Position numbers and translations under genes: made by a program
Part shown: one piece after another, positions 18,002 through 25,663 of the stretch
Position numbering within the stretch: position 1 is the stretch's first letter
How the letters are laid out: each line of letters opens with the position of its first letter
Notes under the pieces: model-generated
Database searches by the model: none
The model's input: the letters and a program-made list of their open reading frames with translations, nothing else
Told to the model about the DNA's origin: nothing
Assembly: GCA_964353405.1 (NCBI GenBank)
Contig: CAYGWJ010000121.1
Span: forward strand, 2,421-66,420
Length of the DNA: 64,000 nucleotides
Source of the DNA: an uncultured Anaerolineae bacterium
Lineage (GTDB): Bacteria; Chloroflexota; Anaerolineae; Fen-1058
Direction: 5' to 3'

Positions 18002-19525
18002 ATGGCCACCGAATCTCGAAAAATCTCGAGCCAAATCGCTCGTGGACAATATATCCGCTTTGATGTGCTGCAGCGAATAGAGCACATTCTTCTGCTGGTA
18101 TCGTTCACACTGTTGGGCATTACGGGCTTGATCCAGAAATTCGCGGCTTGGCCTGTCTCGGATGCGACCATCCAGTTCTTGGGCGGCATCGAAATGACGC
18201 GCCAGATACACCATATCAACGCCGCCATCATGATCATCCTGTCGGCCTACCACTTTGTGGAGGCGGGCTATCGGGTCTTTGTGCTGCGCGCGCGCATGAG
18301 CATGCTGCCCATGCTGAGCGACTTTACCGAGTGGTGGCAAGACACGACTTACAAGCTTGGGCTGACCAAGGCGCCGGCCAAGTTCGGGCGCTACAACTAT
18401 GGCGAAAAGATGGAATACTGGGCCTTGATCTGGGGCACAGTCGTCATGGGCATCACGGGCTTTATGCTGTGGAATCCCATCACCACGGCCAGGTTGGTTC
18501 CAGGCGAGTGGATTCCGGCCGCCAAAGCCGCGCACGGCGCCGAAGCGATCCTGGCGGTGCTCGCCATCATCATCTGGCACTTTTACAATGTGCACATCAA
18601 GATGTTCAACAAAGCCATGCTCACGGGCAAGCTGGATGAACACCAGATGGCGCACGAGCATGGCCGCGAGCTGGAAGCCATCGCTCGCGGCACGGCCGGC
18701 CGCAAGATTGACGCGCTGGTGCTGCGCCGCCGCCAGGTGATCTACTTTCCCCTCGCCACGGTGCTGGGAGTTGTGATGGCTTTCGGCATCTTTAAATTCC
18801 TCACCCTCGAGAATACTGCACCGATCAAGACCGTGCCGCCTGCGGTCAACGTCGCAGTACTAGTCACGGCAACGCCGCAACCCACGCCGACGCGCGCTCC
18901 GACCGCCGTGCCGACGACCGCTCCGACCCAAGCCCCATCGGCTGGCCAGGCACCGGCAACAGGCGGCGGCACCGCATTTGCAGATGTGCAAGCCATCCTC
19001 AAAGCCAAGTGCGGCGCCTGTCATGGCGATGCGGCGACCGCAGGTTTGAGCGTCAATACCTACGCCTCGCTGATGAAGGGAGGCGCGAGCGGAGCCGTCA
19101 TTGTCGCCAAAGATGCTGAAGGCAGCCCGTTGATCAAGAAGGTCACCGGCGCCCACCCCGGTCAATTCTCAGCGGACGAGCTGGCCGCTATCAAAGCCTG
19201 GATTGCAGCGGGCGCAGCCGAAGGTGGAGCACCCGCTGCTGCGCCCGCTCCGGCAGCCGGCGGCAAAGTGACCTTTGTCAAAGACATCCAGCCCATCTTT
19301 ACCGCCAAGTGCGCGGCCTGTCACGGCGTCATGGGCGGATTGACCTTGACCTCGTTTGAAAGTGTGATGCACGGGGGCACGTCCGGCCCGGCCGTTACAC
19401 CCAAGGACCCCGCCAAGAGTTCCATCATCACGAAACAAATCGCAGGCGGCCACCCCGGCCAACTCACAGCGGAGGAAATCGATTTGGTTCGCAAGTGGAT
19501 TGCGGACGGCGCAGCCGAGCAGTAA
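18002..19525 (+). CDS. Dihaem cytochrome b (FdnI/hydrogenase b-type family) fused to two monohaem cytochrome c (PSCyt-like) domains
   Basis: The N-terminus RFDVLQRIEHILLLVSFTLLGITGL followed by His-bearing helices matches b-type cytochrome PF01292. A PT-rich linker follows. Two repeats, FADVQAILKAKCGACHG... and FVKDIQPIFTAKCAACHG..., each end in ...GAHPGQ. The ATG at 18002 abuts the upstream stop. Confidence 0.8.
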   Translation: MATESRKISSQIARGQYIRFDVLQRIEHILLLVSFTLLGITGLIQKFAAWPVSDATIQFLGGIEMTRQIHHINAAIMIILSAYHFVEAGYRVFVLRARMSMLPMLSDFTEWWQDTTYKLGLTKAPAKFGRYNYGEKMEYWALIWGTVVMGITGFMLWNPITTARLVPGEWIPAAKAAHGAEAILAVLAIIIWHFYNVHIKMFNKAMLTGKLDEHQMAHEHGRELEAIARGTAGRKIDALVLRRRQVIYFPLATVLGVVMAFGIFKFLTLENTAPIKTVPPAVNVAVLVTATPQPTPTRAPTAVPTTAPTQAPSAGQAPATGGGTAFADVQAILKAKCGACHGDAATAGLSVNTYASLMKGGASGAVIVAKDAEGSPLIKKVTGAHPGQFSADELAAIKAWIAAGAAEGGAPAAAPAPAAGGKVTFVKDIQPIFTAKCAACHGVMGGLTLTSFESVMHGGTSGPAVTPKDPAKSSIITKQIAGGHPGQLTAEEIDLVRKWIADGAAEQ

Positions 19526-19649
19526 TTCTTTGTGATGGGTTTCAGCCGATCCCAGGCAACGCAGCCCTACACGACGTTGAGGGGCCGCTAGGACAAAGAC
19601 CGGGGGTTTTGAGGTATGGGCAACTGATTGCCCAACAAAGGAGATACGC

Positions 19650-21731
19650 ATGTCAGATGATCCCAAGTCAAACGTTCCACATTCATCCTCTGAGGCCACC
19701 CCAGTCGCCGGCGCGGTGACAAACAAGCCTCGCTCTTTTGGGTCGAGGTTCTGGTCCAGGGTCAGCACCAACAAATGGCTGATGACCGGCACGATCGTCG
19801 TCACGCTGCTGATCCTGTTTGGGCTTTTCTTGGGCGGGATAGCTGTTTTTGACTGGAGTGAATCCACGGCGTTTTGTTCACTCTGTCACGTGATGAAGCC
19901 CGAGTACACGGCGTATCAAAGCTCGCCGCACTCTCGCGTGGAGTGCGGCACCTGCCACGTCGGCCCAGGCCCCACTGCCGCCGTCAAGGCCAAACTGGCC
20001 AACGTCCGATACCTGTGGGTGGCTCCCACCGGCTGGCATGAAAGGCCCATCCCTTCTCCCATCACCAGCCTACGCCCGGTCGAAGTGGTTTGCGAACAAT
20101 GCCACTGGCCGGAAAAGTTTTATCAGGATCGCCTGGCGACCGTCCCGCACTATGCAGAGGATGAGAACAACCGCCTGACGCAAATCAAGTTGCTCCTCAA
20201 GACTGGCGGCGGAACGCAAAACGCTGGCCAGGGACGCGGCATCCACTGGCACATCGCCAATCCCGTTTACTATATCGCGACCGACAAGCAGCGGCAGGAG
20301 ATAGACTGGGTTCAGGCTACTTTTGGCGGCAAGACAACCGAGTACCTCGCGACAGACAGCAAGCTGACGCCGGAGCAAATCGCCAAAGCCGAAAAGCGCA
20401 AGATGGACTGCGTTGACTGCCACAACCGCGCGACGCACGTCTTCCAGCGGCCAGGCGAGGCGCTCGACGCCGCCCTGGCAGCGGGCACCATCCCTGCCAA
20501 CTTGCCCTTCATCAAGCGCGAAGGGACCCAAGTACTGGAAAAGACCTACACGACCGAAGACCAAGCCGCCCAAGCGATCGCCGCTGTGGAAGACTTTTAT
20601 CGGACACAGTACCCCATGGTCTATAACAACCGCAAGGCGGATGTCCAGAAAGCCGTCGCCGGATTGCAGGCCATTTTTGACAGCACCCAGTTCCCCTTTA
20701 TGCGAGTGACCTGGGAGTCGCATCCGACGAACATCGGCCACAAGGATTTTGCAGGCTGCTTCCGCTGCCACGATGGCAAGCACCTGAGCCGAGACAACCA
20801 GGCCATCCGGCTCGAGTGCAATATCTGCCACAGCATCCCGCAGGTCATCACCCCGGACAAGACCACTGCGGCGCTGCCTCTGACCATCGGCATCGAACCG
20901 GATTCGCACAGAAGCACGACCTGGCTTGCGGAGCATCGTACCCGTTTCGATGCCACCTGCGCCAATTGCCACACAACCGGCAATGCCGGGGGCAATGACA
21001 ACAGTAGTTTTTGCAGCAATAGCGCCTGTCATGGCGCGAACTGGAAATTTGTCGGGCTGAACGCGCCCGGGGTGCGCCAACCGGGTCAACCTGCTCAACC
21101 TGCCCAACCGGCTCAGGGCAAGCCGCCTGCGATTCCGCATGATTTGGCCGGGCGCGACAACTGCCTGACGTGCCACAATCCTGATGGCGGCATCAAGCCC
21201 GCGCCCAAGGATCATGCCGGGCGCACGATTGACACATGCCAGGCATGTCACAAACCGACGACGGCTGCCCGTCCAACCGCAGCACCGACGGCGGCCGCCC
21301 CGACCACTGCGCCTTCAGAGGCGCCGACCAAGACAGCGGCCACGGCAACACCCGCCGCGCCGGCTGGAGGCGGCGCGCCGCCTGCCATTCCGCATGATTT
21401 GGCCGGGCGCGACAACTGCCTGACGTGTCACAATCCCGAGGGCGGCCTCAAGCCCGCACCGAAGGATCACGCCGGGCGCGCGAACGACACGTGCCTGGCG
21501 TGCCACAAGCCGTCAACGACCGCGCCTGCAGCTGCACCCACCAAGGCGGTAACTGCCACACCGGCTGCACCGTCAGGCGGCGAAGCGCCGCCGGCCATTC
21601 CGCATGACCTGGCCGGGCGCGACAACTGCCTGACGTGTCACAATCCCGAGGGCGGCCTCAAGCCCGCGCCCAAGGATCACGCCGGGCGTACGAACGATGC
21701 TTGCCAGGCCTGCCACAAGCAAAAGTCGTGA
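19650..21731 (+). CDS. NapC/NirT-family membrane multihaem cytochrome ending in three paired-CXXCH repeats
   Basis: N-terminal TM, then CSLCHVM, CGTCHVG, CEQCHW and CVDCHN, which match the NapC/NirT/NrfH quinol dehydrogenase fold. Further on are CFRCH, CNICH, CANCH and the variant CSNSACH. The protein ends in a three-fold repeat of PAIPHDLAGRDNCLTCHNPEGGLKPAPKDHAGRTNDxCxACHK separated by Ala/Pro/Thr linkers, about 14 haems in total. Confidence 0.8.
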   Translation: MSDDPKSNVPHSSSEATPVAGAVTNKPRSFGSRFWSRVSTNKWLMTGTIVVTLLILFGLFLGGIAVFDWSESTAFCSLCHVMKPEYTAYQSSPHSRVECGTCHVGPGPTAAVKAKLANVRYLWVAPTGWHERPIPSPITSLRPVEVVCEQCHWPEKFYQDRLATVPHYAEDENNRLTQIKLLLKTGGGTQNAGQGRGIHWHIANPVYYIATDKQRQEIDWVQATFGGKTTEYLATDSKLTPEQIAKAEKRKMDCVDCHNRATHVFQRPGEALDAALAAGTIPANLPFIKREGTQVLEKTYTTEDQAAQAIAAVEDFYRTQYPMVYNNRKADVQKAVAGLQAIFDSTQFPFMRVTWESHPTNIGHKDFAGCFRCHDGKHLSRDNQAIRLECNICHSIPQVITPDKTTAALPLTIGIEPDSHRSTTWLAEHRTRFDATCANCHTTGNAGGNDNSSFCSNSACHGANWKFVGLNAPGVRQPGQPAQPAQPAQGKPPAIPHDLAGRDNCLTCHNPDGGIKPAPKDHAGRTIDTCQACHKPTTAARPTAAPTAAAPTTAPSEAPTKTAATATPAAPAGGGAPPAIPHDLAGRDNCLTCHNPEGGLKPAPKDHAGRANDTCLACHKPSTTAPAAAPTKAVTATPAAPSGGEAPPAIPHDLAGRDNCLTCHNPEGGLKPAPKDHAGRTNDACQACHKQKS
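21118..21731 (+). repeat. Three near-identical tandem DNA repeats (~240 bp unit) encoding paired-CXXCH dihaem modules
   Basis: The run ccgcatgatttggccgggcgcgacaactgcctgacgtg(c/t)cacaatcc... occurs three times, starting at ~21136, ~21379 and ~21598. The repeats generate spurious alternate-frame ORFs. Confidence 0.85.
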
Positions 21732-21745
21732 TCGAACCGCCTTGC

Positions 21746-21763
21746 AACAGCGAATTCGTTGTT
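21746..21763. promoter_or_regulatory. 18-bp palindromic element AACAGCGAATTCGTTGTT, copy 1, upstream of the sensor kinase
   Basis: Imperfect palindrome with an internal GAATTC. It is the reverse complement of copies 2 and 3. Confidence 0.5.
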
Positions 21764-21781
21764 CTGGACGAATTGAATCGA

Positions 21782-23743
21782 ATGAGCACTACCGCCCTGG
21801 GATACATCTACTTTTTCTACGGCCTCGCGTTTTTTGCGATGGGGCTGGCGGTGGTGCTGGAAGCGGGCCGGACCAGCGAGTTGCGGTTCGCGCACTCGAT
21901 GCCGTGGCTGGCGGCCTTTGGCCTGACCCATGGCTTGCACGAGTGGTTTGAAATGTTTGAGGTGATGGGGCAATTGCCCCCTGGCCTGCCGCTGGGAGCA
22001 ATTCACCTCATCCTCCTGGTTGTCTCGTTTGCCTGCCTGGCAGCGTTCGGAATCAGCCTGGGCCGGACCGAGAGCGCGGCGCCGTTGGGCGCCATGTGGC
22101 GAACGCTGGCGCTCATCGGGTTCAGCCTGGGCGGCATGATCGTGTTGCGGCTCTGGCTGCCGCAGTCCGATTGGTGGGGAGCCGCCAGCGTCTGGGCGCG
22201 TTACAGCCTGGGGATCGTCGGCGCCATCGTTACCAGTTGGTCGCTCATTTCTCAAGGGCAAGTCTTTGCCAGGCTGGGCATGGCGCATTTTGGGCGCGAC
22301 CTGATCTGGGCAGCGCTGGCCTTTGCCCTGTATGGCATCGTCGGCCAGATGTTTGTGTCCAAGAGCGCGCTGCCGCCTTCGAACTTTATCAACTCTGATT
22401 TGTTCCTGCGGCTGTTCGGTGCGCCTGTTCAGTTGTTCCGAGGCGCGATCGCGATGGTGCTGGCCGTCACCATCATCCGCGCGCTGCGCGTGTTCGAGAT
22501 CGAACGCACACAGCGACTGCGCGCAGCGGAGCTGACGGCCCAGGAAGCTGAGCGGCGCGTCCAACAGGAAACGGCGCACCTGAACCGCCAATTGCAGGAA
22601 GCGGTCAACGAGCTATCCATCCTGTTTGAAATGTCGCGCATCCTGGCGGCCACGCTGGACTGGCAGGCTGTGCTTCAACAAGCCGTCGTCAAGGTCGTTG
22701 ACCTGCTGCCCGCTCGCGCGGCGATGATCCTGCTGGAAACGGATCCGCCGGGAAGCTGCGCCGCGAGCACAGGCTTTTGCCGCGCAGAGTTGGCTGGCGC
22801 CGCCCAGAGCATAGGTCGGGCCGTCATCACCGCCAACGCCGATAACAACGAATTCGCTGTTCCGCCCGAGATGCGCGTGCTGGCTCCGATGATGGCCGTG
22901 CCTTTGCACCTTTCGGGCAAGCGCGGTCTCATCGGCAGCCTGGTCATTTGCGTGAGCGACGTGCACATCTTTGAACCCAAGCGGTCGCTATTGCTCACGC
23001 TGGGCCGTGAGCTGGCCATCGCCATCGAAAACGCCCGGCTTTACCAGCAAGTCCAAGAGCGCGAGATGGTGCGCGGCGAACTGCTGCGGCGTTCGGTGCA
23101 GGTTCAGGAAGAAGAGCGCAAGCGCATCGCCCGCGAGCTGCACGACGGCATCGGCCAGATCTTTACCGCGCTGGCGCTGGGGCTTTCGGGTGTAGAAGAA
23201 ACCATGCCGCGTGACCCGGCGCTGGCGCGCAAGCAAATCGGCAATCTCAAAGACTTGGCCGTTCGCGCCATCTCTGAGCTGCGTCAACTGGTGGCCGATC
23301 TGCGGCCCGCGCAGTTGGACGACCTGGGCCTGGCGCCCGCGCTCCACTGGCTGACCGACGAGTGGCGCGACCGGCTTCACATGGATGTGCGCGTTCAAAT
23401 TCTAGGCCAGCGCCGTCGCCTGTCGTCGGAAATGGAAACCGTGCTGTTTCGCATCACGCAAGAAGCGTTGACCAACGTCGCCAAGCACGCCAACGCGCAG
23501 CGCACCGCCGTCAAGCTGGCTTTTGGCGATGACCAGGTCGAGCTGGTCATCGAGGATAATGGCATCGGCATGACGCCGGAACAAATGTACCGCCGCCAGG
23601 TTCGCCATCAAGGCTGGGGACTGGCTGGCATCCAGGAACGCGCCGCTCTCGTCGGCGGCACATTCGATATTGACTCGGCGCCGGGGCGAGGCACCCGGTT
23701 GACCGTCCACATCCCACTTGGTGGCGAGGAGGCCGTTGCATGA
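21782..23743 (+). CDS. Polytopic sensor histidine kinase with GAF, HisKA_3 and HATPase_c domains (NarX/LiaS-type)
   Basis: The ATG at 21782 (MSTTALGYIYFFYG) opens a ~7-TM N-terminal sensor domain. A GAF-like region and the HisKA_3 H-box (RIARELHDGIGQ) follow. G-box: DNGIGM...GWGLAGIQERAALVGG. The ORF-track start at 21635 is a repeat artefact. Confidence 0.85.
   Translation: MSTTALGYIYFFYGLAFFAMGLAVVLEAGRTSELRFAHSMPWLAAFGLTHGLHEWFEMFEVMGQLPPGLPLGAIHLILLVVSFACLAAFGISLGRTESAAPLGAMWRTLALIGFSLGGMIVLRLWLPQSDWWGAASVWARYSLGIVGAIVTSWSLISQGQVFARLGMAHFGRDLIWAALAFALYGIVGQMFVSKSALPPSNFINSDLFLRLFGAPVQLFRGAIAMVLAVTIIRALRVFEIERTQRLRAAELTAQEAERRVQQETAHLNRQLQEAVNELSILFEMSRILAATLDWQAVLQQAVVKVVDLLPARAAMILLETDPPGSCAASTGFCRAELAGAAQSIGRAVITANADNNEFAVPPEMRVLAPMMAVPLHLSGKRGLIGSLVICVSDVHIFEPKRSLLLTLGRELAIAIENARLYQQVQEREMVRGELLRRSVQVQEEERKRIARELHDGIGQIFTALALGLSGVEETMPRDPALARKQIGNLKDLAVRAISELRQLVADLRPAQLDDLGLAPALHWLTDEWRDRLHMDVRVQILGQRRRLSSEMETVLFRITQEALTNVAKHANAQRTAVKLAFGDDQVELVIEDNGIGMTPEQMYRRQVRHQGWGLAGIQERAALVGGTFDIDSAPGRGTRLTVHIPLGGEEAVA
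22844..22861. promoter_or_regulatory. 18-bp element AACAACGAATTCGCTGTT, copy 2, inside the kinase coding sequence
   Basis: Exact match to copy 3. It encodes NNEFAV in the GAF region. Confidence 0.35.
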
Positions 23744-24411
23744 CGATCAAGATTGTGCTCGTGGACGATCACGAGATCGTGCGGGCGGGCCTGAGGATGC
23801 TGCTCAGCTCGCACTCGGACATTGAGATCATCGGCGAGGCTGAAAACGGCCAGCAGGCCTTGCAGCTCTGCCAAAAGAACCCGCCCGATGTCGTCATTAT
23901 GGACATCACCATGCCGGGCCTCAGTGGGCTTGAAGTCACGCGCCAGATCAAGCAGCAATGCCCCAACACGGCCGTGCTGGCGCTCACCATCCACGAAGGC
24001 GAGCAATACTTTTTCGAGATGCTCAACGCGGGCGCTTCCGGTTACGTCCCTAAACGCGCCGCGCCCACCGACCTGGTGAATGCCATCCACGCTGTGTATT
24101 CCGGCGAAGTGTACCTGCATCCAAGCGTCGCCAAGGCGCTCGTCAACGATTACATCCAACGTGTTCAGATGGGCTGGGAGCGCGCCAGCTACGACGGACT
24201 GACCGACCGCGAGCAGCAGGTCCTCAAGATGATTGCCGAAGGCATGATGAACAAAGAGATCGCCGAAAAGCTCTCGATCAGCGTGCGGACGGTGGAGCGG
24301 CATCGAGAGAACATTATGGCCAAGCTCAACCTGCACACGCGGGCCGAGCTGGTGCGCTATGCGGTAGACAAGGGACTGATTGACATCAGCAACAAGCCGC
24401 CTTCAGAGTAG
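23740..24411 (+). CDS. NarL/FixJ-family response regulator (REC plus LuxR-type HTH)
   Basis: REC domain sequence IVLVDDHEIVRAGLRMLL...VVIMDITMPGLSG...LALTIHEGEQ. LuxR HTH LTDREQQVLKMIAEGMMNKEIAEKLSISVRTVERHRENIMAKL. The gene overlaps the kinase stop. Confidence 0.9.
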   Translation: MTIKIVLVDDHEIVRAGLRMLLSSHSDIEIIGEAENGQQALQLCQKNPPDVVIMDITMPGLSGLEVTRQIKQQCPNTAVLALTIHEGEQYFFEMLNAGASGYVPKRAAPTDLVNAIHAVYSGEVYLHPSVAKALVNDYIQRVQMGWERASYDGLTDREQQVLKMIAEGMMNKEIAEKLSISVRTVERHRENIMAKLNLHTRAELVRYAVDKGLIDISNKPPSE

Positions 24412-24538
24412 CCCCTGGGAAGTCCCAGGGGTAGCACCGCACAAATCCAGGCGTCCCCACCCCACTCTAGGGATTTTCCCACATAGCGCGTTCGACCCGA
24501 TGTCGGCGGGATGGGTGGAAACACGCATCCCGGCCCCC

Positions 24539-24556
24539 AACAACGAATTCGCTGTT
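24539..24556. promoter_or_regulatory. 18-bp element AACAACGAATTCGCTGTT, copy 3, in the intergenic region between the two response regulators
   Basis: Exact 18/18 match to copy 2. Confidence 0.5.
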
Positions 24557-24602
24557 CAAATCACCCTATCTCTCATCCAAATTGGTATGCCACCACATGC
24601 TG

Positions 24603-24633
24603 AAGTTGGGACGTGTGCCCAATTGACGTGTCA
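24603..24633 (+). promoter_or_regulatory. 31-bp promoter-like element, copy 1, upstream of the second response regulator
   Basis: Sequence AAGTTGGG-N5-TGCCCAATTGACGTGTCA. It contains a TTGAC -35-like hexamer and a TGAC-NN-GTCA palindrome. Confidence 0.45.
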
Positions 24634-24806
24634 GACTCTTGCATGGTAGTCTGGTATCAGAGGAAAGCGGTTCGCCCTTTGATGCTGGACCTCGTCAAAG
24701 GAAACTTTGTAGGGCGGCTTTCCATAGCCGCCGCGCTGGGGGCAGGTATGGACGCGAAGCGTGCCCTACAAGGGGCTCTCCGACAGGGTTCTAGATCGAA
24801 TTTGGT

Positions 24807-25404
24807 ATGATGATCCGAGTCGTTCTGGTGGATGACCAGGAGATTGTGCGCGCCGGGCTGCGCCTGCTGCTCCAATCTCAGACAGACATGGACATCGTAG
24901 GCGAGGCCGGCGATGGCGCCGAGGCGCTCGCACTTTGCCGCCAGGTTTCTCCCCACGTTGTGATCACCACCATCGAACTGCCGGGCCTCAATGGTTTCGA
25001 GCTCGCGCGCAAGCTCAAAGCGCAAAGACCCACAGCACTTTTTCGAGATGATCAGTGCGGGCGCATCCGGCTACCTCCCCAAGCGCACTGCCACCGCTGA
25101 CCTGGTGACCGCCATCCGCACCGTCCATGCGGGTCAAATGTACATACATCCCACGGGTTATCACCAGCGCACCTACGCAAGCCATGAACGCCCCCGCCCC
25201 AACGACCTGGAGCCGCATGAACAGCTCGTCCTCGTCATGATTGCCCAAGGAGCGCAAAACAAGCAAATCGCGCTGCGGCTTGGGGTCAATGTGAGAACCG
25301 TGGCGCGCTATCGAGCGAATATCGAGAACAAGCTCAACCTGCACAGCCGGGCCGACCTGGTGCGCTATGCGGTGGACAAGGGCCTGGTGAGCGCGGCCCC
25401 CTAG
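24807..25404 (+). pseudogene. NarL-family response regulator paralog disrupted by an internal deletion and frameshift
   Basis: ORFs 24807..25100 and 24991..25404 lie in two different frames, and both align to the upstream regulator. The segment equivalent to NTAVLALTIHEGE is missing (about 41 nt; the conserved Thr of the REC domain is lost). The C-terminal LuxR HTH is intact. Confidence 0.55.
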
Positions 25405-25566
25405 AGCGCTGGCGACCAGGCAAAAATGCATCGTCCTGCTCGCACTCCCTCATTGCGCATGGGTTTCCCCCCCCCACACACCCCCTCATTCATTGACGGT
25501 TGCCCCACTTGAATCGTGCGTGACTACCCTCTAGGGTGATCAGAATATTGGGGATATGGGCGCAAC

Positions 25567-25597
25567 AAGTTGGGTGGCCTGCCCAATTGACCTGTCA
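25567..25597 (+). promoter_or_regulatory. 31-bp promoter-like element, copy 2, upstream of the octahaem cytochrome operon
   Basis: AAGTTGGG-N5-TGCCCAATTGACCTGTCA. It is 26/31 identical to copy 1, with identical spacing. Confidence 0.45.
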
Positions 25598-25663
25598 TGG
25601 GGCAATGTGATACCTTTGTGTCAGCAGAACCAGGTGAATGGCCTACACACAAAGGAGAAGAAA

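Noticed and set aside
20070-21251. 393-aa minus-strand ORF inside the NapC/NirT-type cytochrome gene
   Set aside because: It is antisense to a gene with clear haem-binding motifs. The composition is Ala/Arg/Gly-rich as expected for the GC-rich opposite strand.
21100-21740. Possibility that the regularly spaced repeats are a CRISPR array
   Set aside because: The units are ~240 bp, in-frame, encode haem-binding CXXCH peptides and lie inside a long ORF. This is not a short repeat and unique spacer architecture, and no cas genes are present.
21425-21781. 60-aa ORF 21425..21607 and the N-terminal 49 codons of ORF 21635..23743 (MSQSRGRPQARAQG...)
   Set aside because: These are alternate-frame readings of the tandem paired-CXXCH DNA repeat. 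The two translations are near-identical to each other because the DNA is repeated. The kinase almost certainly starts at the ATG at 21782 (MSTTALGYIYFFYG).
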